From Heptranchias perlo (lineage: Eukaryota), in the NCBI RefSeq assembly GCF_035084215.1, contig NC_090363.1:1488001-1552000 (forward strand): a stretch of DNA of 64,000 nucleotides. The letters run 5' to 3'. Below are positions 25,797 through 37,700 of the stretch, in pieces. A program made the position numbers and the translations under genes. Every line of letters starts with the position of its first letter. Positions within the stretch are counted from its first letter, which is position 1. Under the pieces are notes generated by a model. The model saw only the letters and a list, made by a program, of their open reading frames with translations. It did no database searches and was not told the origin of the DNA.

Positions 25797-28700
25797 CTGC
25801 AAAAAAACAGAGGGGCGATTAATTATTACAGTGAAAGCAGAGTTACTAACAAACCAAAAACAGAGGGGCGATTAATTATTACAGTGAAAGCAGAGTTACT
25901 AACAAACCAAAAACAGAGGGGCGATTAATTATTACAGTGAAAGCAGAGTTACTAACAAACCAAAAACAGAGGGGCGATTAATTATTACGGTGAAAGCAGA
26001 GTTACTAACAAACCAAAAACAGAGGGGCGATTAATTATTACAGTGAAAGCAGAGTTACTAACAAACCAAAAACAGAGGGGCGATTAATTATTACGGTGAA
26101 AGCAGAGTTACTAACAAACCAAAAACAGAGGGGCGATTAATTATTACAGTGAAAGCAGAGTTACTAACAAACCAAAAACAGAGGGGTGATTAATTATTAC
26201 GGTGAAAGCAGAGTTACTAACAAACCAAAAACAGAGGGGCGATTAATTATTACAGTGAAAGCAGAGTTACTAACAAACCAAAAACAGAGGGGTGATTAAT
26301 TATTACAGTGAAAGCAGAGTTACTAACAAACCAAAAACAGAGGGGCGATTAATTATTACAGTGAAATCAGTCATTAATTAAAAAGATTAAAAAACTGAAG
26401 AATAGGTTCCTGAAATCTAATCTTTTCATTGACTTGATGTTGTATCTGTGATGAGAAAGAGCACGGACCCGTGTGTCAGGTCGCTGAATGTAACCATCTC
26501 GCCTGCAGGTTCTGGGATTCGCTCGGTTTTCGGCGTTTCCCACCTCACGAATCCCAGCCAGTAGGGACAGCTGGATGAAAGCGGTCACAGGATGGTGAGA
26601 TTCGCTTAGCCACTGGGACTATCCAACGCGGGATCTTGTTGAGAAGACAGCGACGATCGATGGCCATACTCTCCGTGGAGATGGGGGGGGGGGGAAACCC
26701 GACATCACAGTGACTGTTTCCGACGACCTGCTCCGCGGAGGGGTGGGCACTGAGTTTGTGCAACCCCCCCCCACGACCCAAACTGGGAATGGCTGATCTA
26801 AAGTTGGGATCTCAGGGAATAGGAACCTCCACACAAGCAGGAAAAAGGGGAAACGAGGTCAACCCCGACCCCAGAACAAGGGGGCAGGACCTTAAAATTA
26901 GAGCCAGGCCGTTCAGGGGTGATGTCGGGAAGCACTTCCTCACACAAAGGGGAGTGGAAATCTGGAACTCTCTCTCCCCCCCCCAAAAAGCTGTTAAGGC
27001 TGGGGGTCAATTGAAAATTTCTAAACTGAGAATGATAGATTTTTGTTGGGGAAGGGTATTAAGGGTTACAGAACCAAGGCAGATAAATTGAAGTCAATGG
27101 GAATCAGGGGGAAGGCTCTCCAGTGGCTGGAGTCATACCTAGCACAAAGGAAGATGGTAGTGGTTGTTGGAGGCCAATCATCTCAGCCCCAGGACATTGC
27201 TGCAGGAGTTCCTCAGGGCAGTGTCCTAGGCCCAACCATCTTCAGCTGCTTCATCAATGACCTTCCCTCCATCATAAGGTCAGAAATGGGGATGTTCGCT
27301 GATGATTGCACAGTGTTCAGTTCCATTCGCAACCCCTCAAATAATGAGGCAGTCTGAGCCCGCATGCAGCAAGACTTGGACAACATCCAGGCTTGGACTC
27401 ATAAGTGGCAAGTAACATTCGCGCCAGATAAGTGCCAGGCAACGACCATCTCCAACAAGAGAGGGTCTAACCAGCTCCCCTTGACATTCAACGGCATTAC
27501 CATCGCCGAATCCCCCACCATCAACATCCTAGGGGTCACCATTGACCAGAAACTTAACTGGACCAGCAATATAAATACTGTGGCTACAAGAGCAGGTCAG
27601 AGGCTGGGTATTCTGCGGCGAGTGACTCACCTCCTGACTCCCCAAAGTCTTTCCACCATCTGCAAGGCACAAGTCAGGAGTGTGATGGAATACTCTCCAC
27701 TTGCCTGGATGAGTGCAGCTCCAACAACACTCAAGAAGCTCGACACCATCCAGGACAAAGCAGCCCGCTTGATTGGCACCCCATCCACCACCCTAAACAT
27801 TCACTCCCTTCACCACCGGCGCACTGTGGCTGCAGTGTGTACCATCCACAGGATGCACTGCAGCAACTCGCCAAGGCTTCTTCGACAGCACCTCCCAAAC
27901 ACGCGACCTCTACCACCTAGAAGGACAAGAGCAGCAGGCACATGGGAACAACACCACCTGCACGTTCCCCTCCCAGTCACACACCATCCCGACTTGGAAA
28001 TATATCGCCGTTCCTTCATTGTCGCTGGGTCAAAATCCTGGAACTCCCTTCCTAACAGCACTGTGGGAGAACCTTCACCACATGGACTGCAGCGGTTCAA
28101 GAAGGCGGCTCACCACCACCTTCTCGAGGGCAATTAGGGATGGGCAATAAATGCCGGCCTCGCCAGCTACGCCCGCATCCCATGAACGAATAAAAAAAAT
28201 ATGGAGTTGAGATTGAATGGTGGAAGAGACTCGAGGGGCTGAATGGCCTCCTCCTGTTCCTGTGACCCTTCCCCCTGAAGCTAATGTCCAGTAGCTCCCT
28301 CACCTCCGAGTTGCAATTGCTCATCTGTGAAGAGACAGTGAGTGTCTGGAGGTCGCTGGGAGTTAGAGGGTGTCCCCGGCAAGGGGGGGGGGGGGGGGCT
28401 CGTCACTGGTTAGTGATCAGACACCAACATTAGCTGCAACCTCTGACTCCCCCCTGGCCCCCAGGCATTGAGGCCAACAGTAACGATCCCACTATCTAGC
28501 GGGCTGGTAATCAGGGCTGGCAGCTGCCCGGTCTCTTGGGTTCTGTGCTTTTACCCACCACGGCCGGTATGTGTTGCATAAGAAATAGGAGCAGGAGTAG
28601 GCCATTCGGCCCCTCGAGCCTGCTCCGCCATTCAATCAGATCATGGCTGATCTTCTCCCTCAACTCCACTTTCCCGCCCGATCCCCATATCCCTTGATTC

Positions 28701-31700
28701 CCTTAGAGCCCAATAATCTATCGATCTCAGCCTTGAATATACTCAACGACTGAGCATCCACAGCCCTCTGGGGTAGAGAATTCCAAAGATTCACCACCCT
28801 TTGAGTGAAGAAATTCCTCCTCATCTCAGTCTTAAATGTCCGACCCCTTATCCTGAGACTATGACCCCTCGTTCTAGACTCTCCAGCCAAGGGGGAAACA
28901 GTCTCTCAGCATCGACCCTTTCAAGCCCTGTAAGAATTTTATATGTTTCGCTGTCTCTTTGCCTGAAGCGTTTTGGTTCCTTGCTGAGCAGTCACTCACC
29001 CTCTGCTCATCAAATGCCACCTTCTTCTTCCTCTTCTCCACGTTCTTCGTCGAGCTTCTCCCTTTCATCTTGTGCTTGGGCTTGAACTTCTCCTTTTCCG
29101 CAGGGTCAAAGCCCTGTCAGAGGGACGGAGACAACACAAGTAGTTAGTCACACGGGGCGGCGCCGAGGGAGCGCCGCGCTGGCGCAGGGGCGACGCCGAG
29201 GGAGCGCCCGTCTTTCAGATGAGACGTTAAACCAAGGTTGCGTCACTGGGATTCCAACTTGTGACCCTGGCTACACTCTCACTGCTGGCAAAAGTCACAT
29301 ACCCAGATCCACTTGAGGGGCCCAATCCAACCCCAACCCTCGCCCCCCCGCAAATGCTGGGGCCCAGCACAGTACGGCCTCCCCGACCAGAGGTGCAGAA
29401 TGGAGGCCGTGTACCACCAACTCAGTTACTCACCAGACGCTGAACTCGCTCTTTGTGCCTCTGGTCCATGGTTATGAAGTCGACCTCACCCAGTTTGGTT
29501 GGGTCCAGGGTAATCAACTCAGGCTGAATCTGGAAGGAAAGAGGAAGACAGTTTTTGTCGGACTGGTAACCTCTGATTCTGAATGCATTTCACCCCATCA
29601 GACCCGGGGGGCGGGGGTGGAGTAGCTGCAAGAGATTCCGCTAACACAGTTAATCTGACATCAAGTTTGCCGGCTCTTTGAAAGATCTATTCAATTAGTC
29701 CCACTCCCTGCTCTTTCCCCATCGTCCTGTAAATTTTTCCCACTTCGAGTATTTATCCAATTCCCTTTTGAAAGTTATTATTGAATCTGCTTCCACCGCC
29801 CTTTCAGACAGCGCATTCCAGATCGTAATTAAGCGATGTTTTATTTTTTAATGAGGACATGGAACACTATTATATATAAGGAGAAACCGTTTCCAGTGGT
29901 AGAAGGGTCGGTAACCAGAGGACACAGATCTAGGGTAATTGGCAAAAGAGCCAGAGGGGAGATGAGGAGACATGTTTTATGCAGTGAGTTGTGATGATCT
30001 GGAATGCGCTGCCTGAAGCAGATCCAATAATAACTTTCAAATGGGAATTGGATAAATACTTGAAAGAAAAATTTGTACAGGGCTATGGGGAAGGAGCAGG
30101 GGAGTGGGACTAATTGGACAGCTCTTTCAAAGAGCCGGCACAGGCACGATGGGCCGAATGGCCTCCCCCTGCGCTGTACCTATTATGATATATTACATCT
30201 ATCTCATATTTTGTACTGGAGAGCATGAGGCTGGCTGCACCACACTGCTCAGTGCCCAGTGGACAGCTGGTAAGACAGAGTCTTATATAACAGGAATGTG
30301 CAGTTACAGCCCCAGTACGTGACAAGGCCCACTCCTCACTGGATTAAAGATCACTCAATACAGAGAGCAGCAGCAGCCCCAGTACGTGACGAGGCCCGCT
30401 CCTCACTGGATTAAAGATCACTCAACACAGAGAGCAGCAGCAGCCCCAGTACGTGACGAGGCCCGCTCCTCACTGGAATAAAGCTCACTCACTCAGCACA
30501 GAGAGCAGCAGCAGCCCCAGTACGTGACGAGGCCCACTCCTCACTGGAATAAAGCTCACTCACTCAGCACAGAGAGCACCTACATTCCCAGTACGTGACG
30601 AGGCCCACTCCTCACTGGATTAAAGCTCACTCACTCAGCACAGAGAGCACCTACATTCCCAGTACGTGACGAGGCCCGCTCCCCACTGGATTAAAGCTCA
30701 CTCACTCAGCACAGAGAGCAGCAGCAGCCCCAGTACGTGACGAGGCCCACTCCTCACTGGAATAAAGCTCACTCACTCAGCACAGAGAGCACCTACACTC
30801 CCAGTACGTGACGAGGCCCACTCCTCACTGGATTAACGCTCACTCACTCAGTACAGAGAGCAGCAGCAGCAGCCCCAGTACGTGACGAGGCCCGCTCCTC
30901 ACTGGAATAAAGCTCACTCACTCAGCACAGAGAGCACCTACATTCCCAGTACGTGACGAGGCCCACTCCTCACTGGAATAAAGCTCACTCACTCAGCACA
31001 GAGAGCACCTACACTCCCAGTACATCACAAGGCCCACTCCCGCTCCTCACTGAAACTGAAATGAAGACTATCTGTATTTGGCAGAATGTTGAAGACAGAA
31101 TCCAGTTCACCGACGCTGAAGCTAAGAACTAGTGACCTCGATGATAATGGGGTACAGCTCGAACGGTGGGTCAAGTGAGGAGGCTGGAGATTAAAGCCTG
31201 ACAATGCTGTCAATCTCCAGCCCCTATCGCAGGGTATCGGAGATGCTCTTTTCCACCAGTGTCAGCGATCACCTTTTGCCTCATTGGACACGGACACTTG
31301 ATATTTAGACAGGTTTATGCGAGCTTTGACTGCACTGATTGGTGCTTTTCTTGGTACTGGGTCTCGCAGGGAGCACGGTATACAGAATTACGGTTCAAAC
31401 CAATGCATGTTCCTGGGGGTGTAGGGCAATAACTGGGGGATAGCTCCATTAGCCAGGGAACTAACTACACTGTTAATGACAAATGATGGGATTACGTTCC
31501 ACTGTTTGGGCAATATGCTTTTTTTCCACCTCTGAAAGCTGTAAATTTTCATCACTTAATGTTGATGAGGCAGCAGAGAGCCACTCTGAGCTTTAGTCAC
31601 TGTGCTGCTGTTAAATGTGTGCACTCAGCGTTCCAACCTCGAATCAGTAACAGCCAAGAAAAACAAGAACAATGCAAAGTCACCGACCTTCTCCAGAAGG

Positions 31701-34700
31701 GCCTTGATCTCCCACTCCTGCCTCTGCTTCTTGCTCTGGTACGGGTTGCATTCCAGGGCGTCAAAGTTTGCCTCACCAGCACCTAGACAGGGGTGGGAAT
31801 GATAAACTCACTCAGTCTGACGGTTAGAAGTCCATTTCACATTTCACTGGTCTGTCACATACAGGTTTGGTGCCGCCTCAGCTCATCTGCTGCAGAAACC
31901 CTCATCCGTGCCTTTGTTACCTCCAGACTCGACTATTCCAATGGTCTCCTGGCCGGCCTCCCATCTTCCACCCTCCGTAAACTACATCCAAAACTCTGCT
32001 GCCCGTATCCGAACTCGCACCAAGTCCCGTTCTCCCATCACCCCCTGTGCTCGCTAACCTACATTGGCTCCCGGTCCGGGAACGCCTCGATTTTAAAATT
32101 CTCATCCTTGTTTTCAAATCCCTCCCCCCTCCCTATCTCTGTAACCTCCTCCAGCCCTACAACCCTCCGAGATCTCTGCACTCCTCCAATTCTGGCCTCT
32201 TGCGCATCCCCGATTTTAATCGCTCCACCATTGGCGGCCGTGCCTTCAGCTGCCTGGGCCCTAAGCTCTGGAATTCCCTCCCTAAACCTCTCCGCCTCTC
32301 CCTCTCCTACTAGTCTGGCATGAGCATACTGGTAAAACACTGGGCCGTGCCCCCAGGGACTTTCTCACTACTTGCCTGGCACAAGCATGCTGGTGAAACC
32401 CTGGCCATGCCCCACGCCTAACACGTCTTCGTACGGGCAGAACTGCAGTCCATGCACTCCCTGGCGGACGGTGTGACTCAGGTACGGCGTCCTCACCGGC
32501 ACATGGTGAACGTCTTTGTAAACCTGCGAGGGGAGGAAAGGACATCCATCAGCTCGCTGCAGCTATCGGTTACTCCAGCACACAGTCCAGGCCAGCACAG
32601 TACTGAGGGAACAACTGCAGCAACTCGCCAAGGCTTCTTCAACAGCACCTCCCAAACCCGCGACCTCTACCACCTAGAAGGACAAGGGCAGCAGGCACAT
32701 GGGAACAACACCACCTGCACGTTCCCCTCCAAGTCACACACCGTCCCGACTTGGAAATATATCGCCGTTCCTTCATCGTCGCTGGGTTAAAATCCTGGAA
32801 CTCCCTTCCTAACAGCACTGTGGGAGAACCTTCACCACACGGACTGCAGCGGTTCAAGAAGGCAGCTCACCACCACCTTCTCGAGCGCAATTAGGGATGG
32901 GCAATAAATGCCGGCTTTACCAGCGACGCCCACATCCCATGAACGAATAAAAAAAGTGCCGTGTTGCCAGAGGTGTGTTTTTCAGACATGACGTTCAGTC
33001 TGCCTGTATTGGTGTTATGGTTGGATGTTAAAAAGCCCCCCCACTAACCCCGGCATTATTTGAGGAGCTGAGGATTTCTCCCCTATGTTCTGGCCGACAT
33101 TCTGCCCCCAATCAACGCCACCAAAAAAAACAGACCTGGTCAATCATCGTGTTTGCCATTTGTGGGAGCTTGCTGTGTACAAATTGGCTGCTGTGTTTCC
33201 TACATTATAACAGTGGCACCTTGGGATGTCCTGAGGATGGGAAAGGTGCTATGGAAACGCAATGCTTATGTAGCCCACTAAAGGCCAAAGGAATATTTGA
33301 CTGATATAGCGGAATTGCATTACATGTAATAGGATATACTGTAAAATATACACACATTTGCAGACTAGAAAATGTTCTCCTGCATATATATCCAGCTCTC
33401 ACGCACTGTGCTTTACAATACACCAATTTATTTCTCATAAACAGGTACTTCATTGTTTGAGTGAATTATTCCATACAGGAAAGAAAGAATTTGCATTAAA
33501 GTGTAGTCACTGTTGTAACCTAGGGAAACACGGCAGCCAATTTGCGTACAAACAGTAATGAGATAAATGACCAAGTAATCCATTTTACTGATGTTGGTCA
33601 CGGGATAAACAATGGCCAGGACACCGGGGAGAACGCCCCTTCGAATTGTGCCATTTGTAGCCACCTGAGGGGGCAGACGGGGCCTCAGTTTAACATCTCA
33701 TCAGACGGCGCAGTGCTCCCGCAGTGCCGCTCGGGGACAGTCAGCCTGGATTATGGGCACAAGTCTCTGGAGTGGGGCTTGAGCCCGTGACCTCCTGACT
33801 CAGAGGCGAGAGGGCCACTCACTGAGCCACCGCTGACACAGAGTTTAAAGGTACGCTGTAAACTTTGAAGTAAAAGCAGCAGCTTACATGGACTGTGTTT
33901 CCACAACCTGCTCCCAGTAGGTTTCTCTGACTGAAAGCGAGGTGACTCGCACCTGCGGATATTAAGTACGAGTGAAGAGGGCGATAAGTTCGGATGTCGA
34001 AGATGTTTAACCTCCTGTCCAAACCAGAAGTGGCCATGTACCTGCGAGAGGTGAAACATTAACAGCAAGTGCACAGAGTAACACATTCACAACGTAATTC
34101 AGATAGTGCTGAAATTCACACCTGCTAAAGACAATTTAAAGAAGACAGTCTTCGTACATTGACGGAATCTTCAGAGTATTTACCAGTTACACGTCAATCA
34201 TCTCGACACATACAGTCTCAGTATTACACAGAATTTACAGCACAGGAACAGGCCATTCGGCCCAACAGGTCTATGCCAGCGTTTATATCCCACACGAGCC
34301 TCCTCCCTCCCTACTTCATCTCACCCTCTCACCCTCTCACCATATCCTTCTATTCCTTTCTCCCTCATGTGTTTATCCAGTATCCCCTTAAATGCATCTA
34401 CACTATTGTGGAAAACCATAAAGACCACATTAATGTAGAAATACATGAACAGTTACTTGACCATAAAAAGAGAAAAGCATGATTGGTATTTGACCAATGT
34501 TAACTCCTTGACTCCCATACACAGGGTAGTTACAATTTCACACACACTCACAGAAAGACACAATTGTCTTTGGTACGTTGATAATTAAGTTGGCTGTCCA
34601 GGTGCTTGGTACTGTCTGGCCTCCCCACCCCTCCCCCCGTGCAGATAAGGGTATTGCTGGCTTATAATATAATGAGAATACAGTTTCTTGAGAGGCCATG

Positions 34701-37700
34701 TGCCCTTGATTCTGACTTCAGCCCTACTGATTAACCAGCTTTGGAATTTAGGGAGGTGGTGTTCTCGGGCCTGCGAGGCCTACTACATGCCAAAACAGGA
34801 ATGAGCTATGGATGTCCAGAGGAGGCAGGCTCCCTACTTGATTGACTAACCACTTGAACTAATGGGGAATGTACATGTATGCCCACATTCTATGATAGAC
34901 AGATATTGCTGATTGAACTGTATCAATGTGAACTGTGTCCTTTGTTCAGGAGAAGTGGTATTTCTGACCATTGTCAGAGCAGATATTCCCTTGAGCTCAA
35001 GTTTCTTTTAATTAAAATTCTTACTTGTCTGAAAATAAGTGTTTGGAGTTAATGCATTGTGTATAATAGGTAATTAAGTTTTCGACACTATTCGCCTCAA
35101 CTACTCCTTGTGGGAGTGAGTTCCACATTCTCACCACTCTCTGGGTAAAGAAGTTCCTCCTGAATTCCCTATTGGATTTATTGGTGACTATCTTATATTT
35201 ATGGCCCACAAGTGGAAACATATTCTCTATGTCTACCCTATCAACCCCTTCACACGTATAAAGGCCTGTATGAGGTCACCTCGCAGCCGTCGCGTGTCCT
35301 GTACTCTCGGACCGTGTACAGGTCACACACACAGACAATACAGAGCTCTTGCACAGGTCGGGTTACACACACACACAGTTATTTTATGGAGAGGTATTTA
35401 TAAAGTGCCTGGTGACAGTATGTTAGCGTTGCTTACGTTCCGGTCTGGTCAACAGCGATGGCTCGAACACCCCCTCGATGGCACAGCATCTTCACCAGCG
35501 GCTCTTTGACCTTTGGGCTCCACAGAGTCACCGTACCTAAGATACATTTTAGACTGCGTTAGAGATGACGGCAAGACAGTGAGGACCACTCGGGATGACG
35601 GACGGAGATAGGGATTTCCAGCTCCCTGCATTCTTCTGGGAAGTCGGGAGATGGAGGGAGAGGCACGTTTAGGTGTGTCTCGTGACGCAGCAGGGATAAT
35701 CATGGTCTCTTAGAGCTTGTTCGACTGGATTAGGGAGTTTGTGGGGGGTGGGGGGAATTTCCCCTAAAATTGGCCAGAGTTTATTTCTGTCTTGCCTCGG
35801 AGTTTCCAGTACCAGTGGCTGGGGAGGGGGTGTACGAGGTTACACTATCTAACGGATGGGGTGTACGTTGATGGGACCAGCAACCTTTTCGCTCCCTTAT
35901 TTTCATCAGTTTCTACAGACCCAAAACTATTTGATGGTCTAAAGACTTCAAACACAAAACAGAGCAACCAATTTTCAAAAAAAGTCCCCTGAAGACGAGC
36001 AGAAGGCAGGTTTGCTCCGTGCCCTCGCTCTCCCTCCCCTCGGCCCGGGCTTTCCCTCCTGCCCTCACCCCACTCTCACCCTGCGCGTGACCCAGGTGGA
36101 TGATGGCGTTGTAAGGATTCTGGGTCATCACATCCAGGCGTCCAGTTTTGGTGCACGTGGCCGTCACCTCCTTCCCCACAGAGACGTCCAGGTACTGTAG
36201 GAATCCTCGGGCACTCTGCACATCNNNNNNNNNNNNNNNNNNNNNNNNNNNNNNNNNNNNNNNNNNNNNNNNNNNNNNNNNNNNNNNNNNNNNNNNNNNN
36301 NNNNNNNNNNNNNNNNNNNNNNNNNNNNNNNNNNNNNNNNNNNNNNNNNNNNNNNNNNNNNNNNNNNNNNNNNNNNNNNNNNNNNNNNNNNNNNNNNNNN
36401 NNNNNNNNNNNNNNNNNNNNNNNNNNNNNNNNNNNNNNNNNNNNNNNNNNNNNNNNNNNNNNNNNNNNNNNNNNNNNNNNNNNNNNNNNNNNNNNNNNNN
36501 NNNNNNNNNNNNNNNNNNNNNNNNNNNNNNNNNNNNNNNNNNNNNNNNNNNNNNNNNNNNNNNNNNNNNNNNNNNNNNNNNNNNNNNNNNNNNNNNNNNN
36601 NNNNNNNNNNNNNNNNNNNNNNNNNNNNNNNNNNNNNNNNNNNNNNNNNNNNNNNNNNNNNNNNNNNNNNNNNNNNNNNNNNNNNNNNNNNNNNNNNNNN
36701 NNNNNNNNNNNNNNNNNNNNNNNNNNNNNNNNNNNNNNNNNNNNNNNNNNNNNNNNNNNNNNNNNNNNNNNNNNNNNNNNNNNNNNNNNNNNNNNNNNNN
36801 NNNNNNNNNNNNNNNNNNNNNNNNNNNNNNNNNNNNNNNNNNNNNNNNNNNNNNNNNNNNNNNNNNNNNNNNNNNNNNNNNNNNNNNNNNNNNNNNNNNN
36901 NNNNNNNNNNNNNNNNNNNNNNNAAGTTACAGTTTACTGAGTAATCAGAGACTCCTGTTTAAAAAGCAGATTGTGATAATACAGAAGGAACTCCCTTGTG
37001 TGTTGGGCGTTTAGACTTTTTTCAGTTAAAACAAGTTTTGTGACATTTTTTTCTGAAATAGAATCATTGATGAGGAATAGCTGCCTGAAAGGTGGTGACG
37101 TTTAAGGACTCACTCGGGCTGAAGTAGAGCTGCGGAGGAAGGTGACCGGTCTAAGCAATTGGTAAAATGCCAGAGCAGAAACATAGAAGGAGGTCATGCA
37201 GCTCATTGGGTCTGTGCTAGCTCTTTGCTCGAGTAATCCAAATCTAATCCCGCTGCACACTCTCTCCCCACAGCCCTGTATCTTCCTCTGCTTCAGATAG
37301 TCACCCACTTTCCCCAACCGCTCCCTGTGGCAAAGCGTTCGATGCTCCAACAACCCTCTGTAAAGGCATTTCTCCCAACCTCTCTCCAAACTCTCGGTGA
37401 TAGTTTTAACTCGATGACCCCTCGTCAATCCCGAACCAGAGGGAATAGTCTTTGCCCAGTCGCTCGGTCAAAAATTCTCCATCATATTAAAAACTTCTTT
37501 AAATCTTCTATTAAACCTTCTCTGCTCCAGTACCTGGTCAAGTCTCTACTCATAACTATAGTGTCCCACCCCAGTCAAATCATCTTAGTCTCAGCAGCGG
37601 TTTAATAAAATGATCGCATCCAAGTTATTTTTTTTTAATATACGGTTGGAAGCAGATGTTTCCCCATGTCCGCTATATCACCAAGACCGCCTACTTCCAC

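Noticed and set aside
33765-33838. tRNA gene
   Set aside because: A/B-box-like motifs belong to a SINE head; no complete cloverleaf.
36148-37014. ORFs spanning N runs (also 46764-47706)
   Set aside because: Artefacts of translating Ns.
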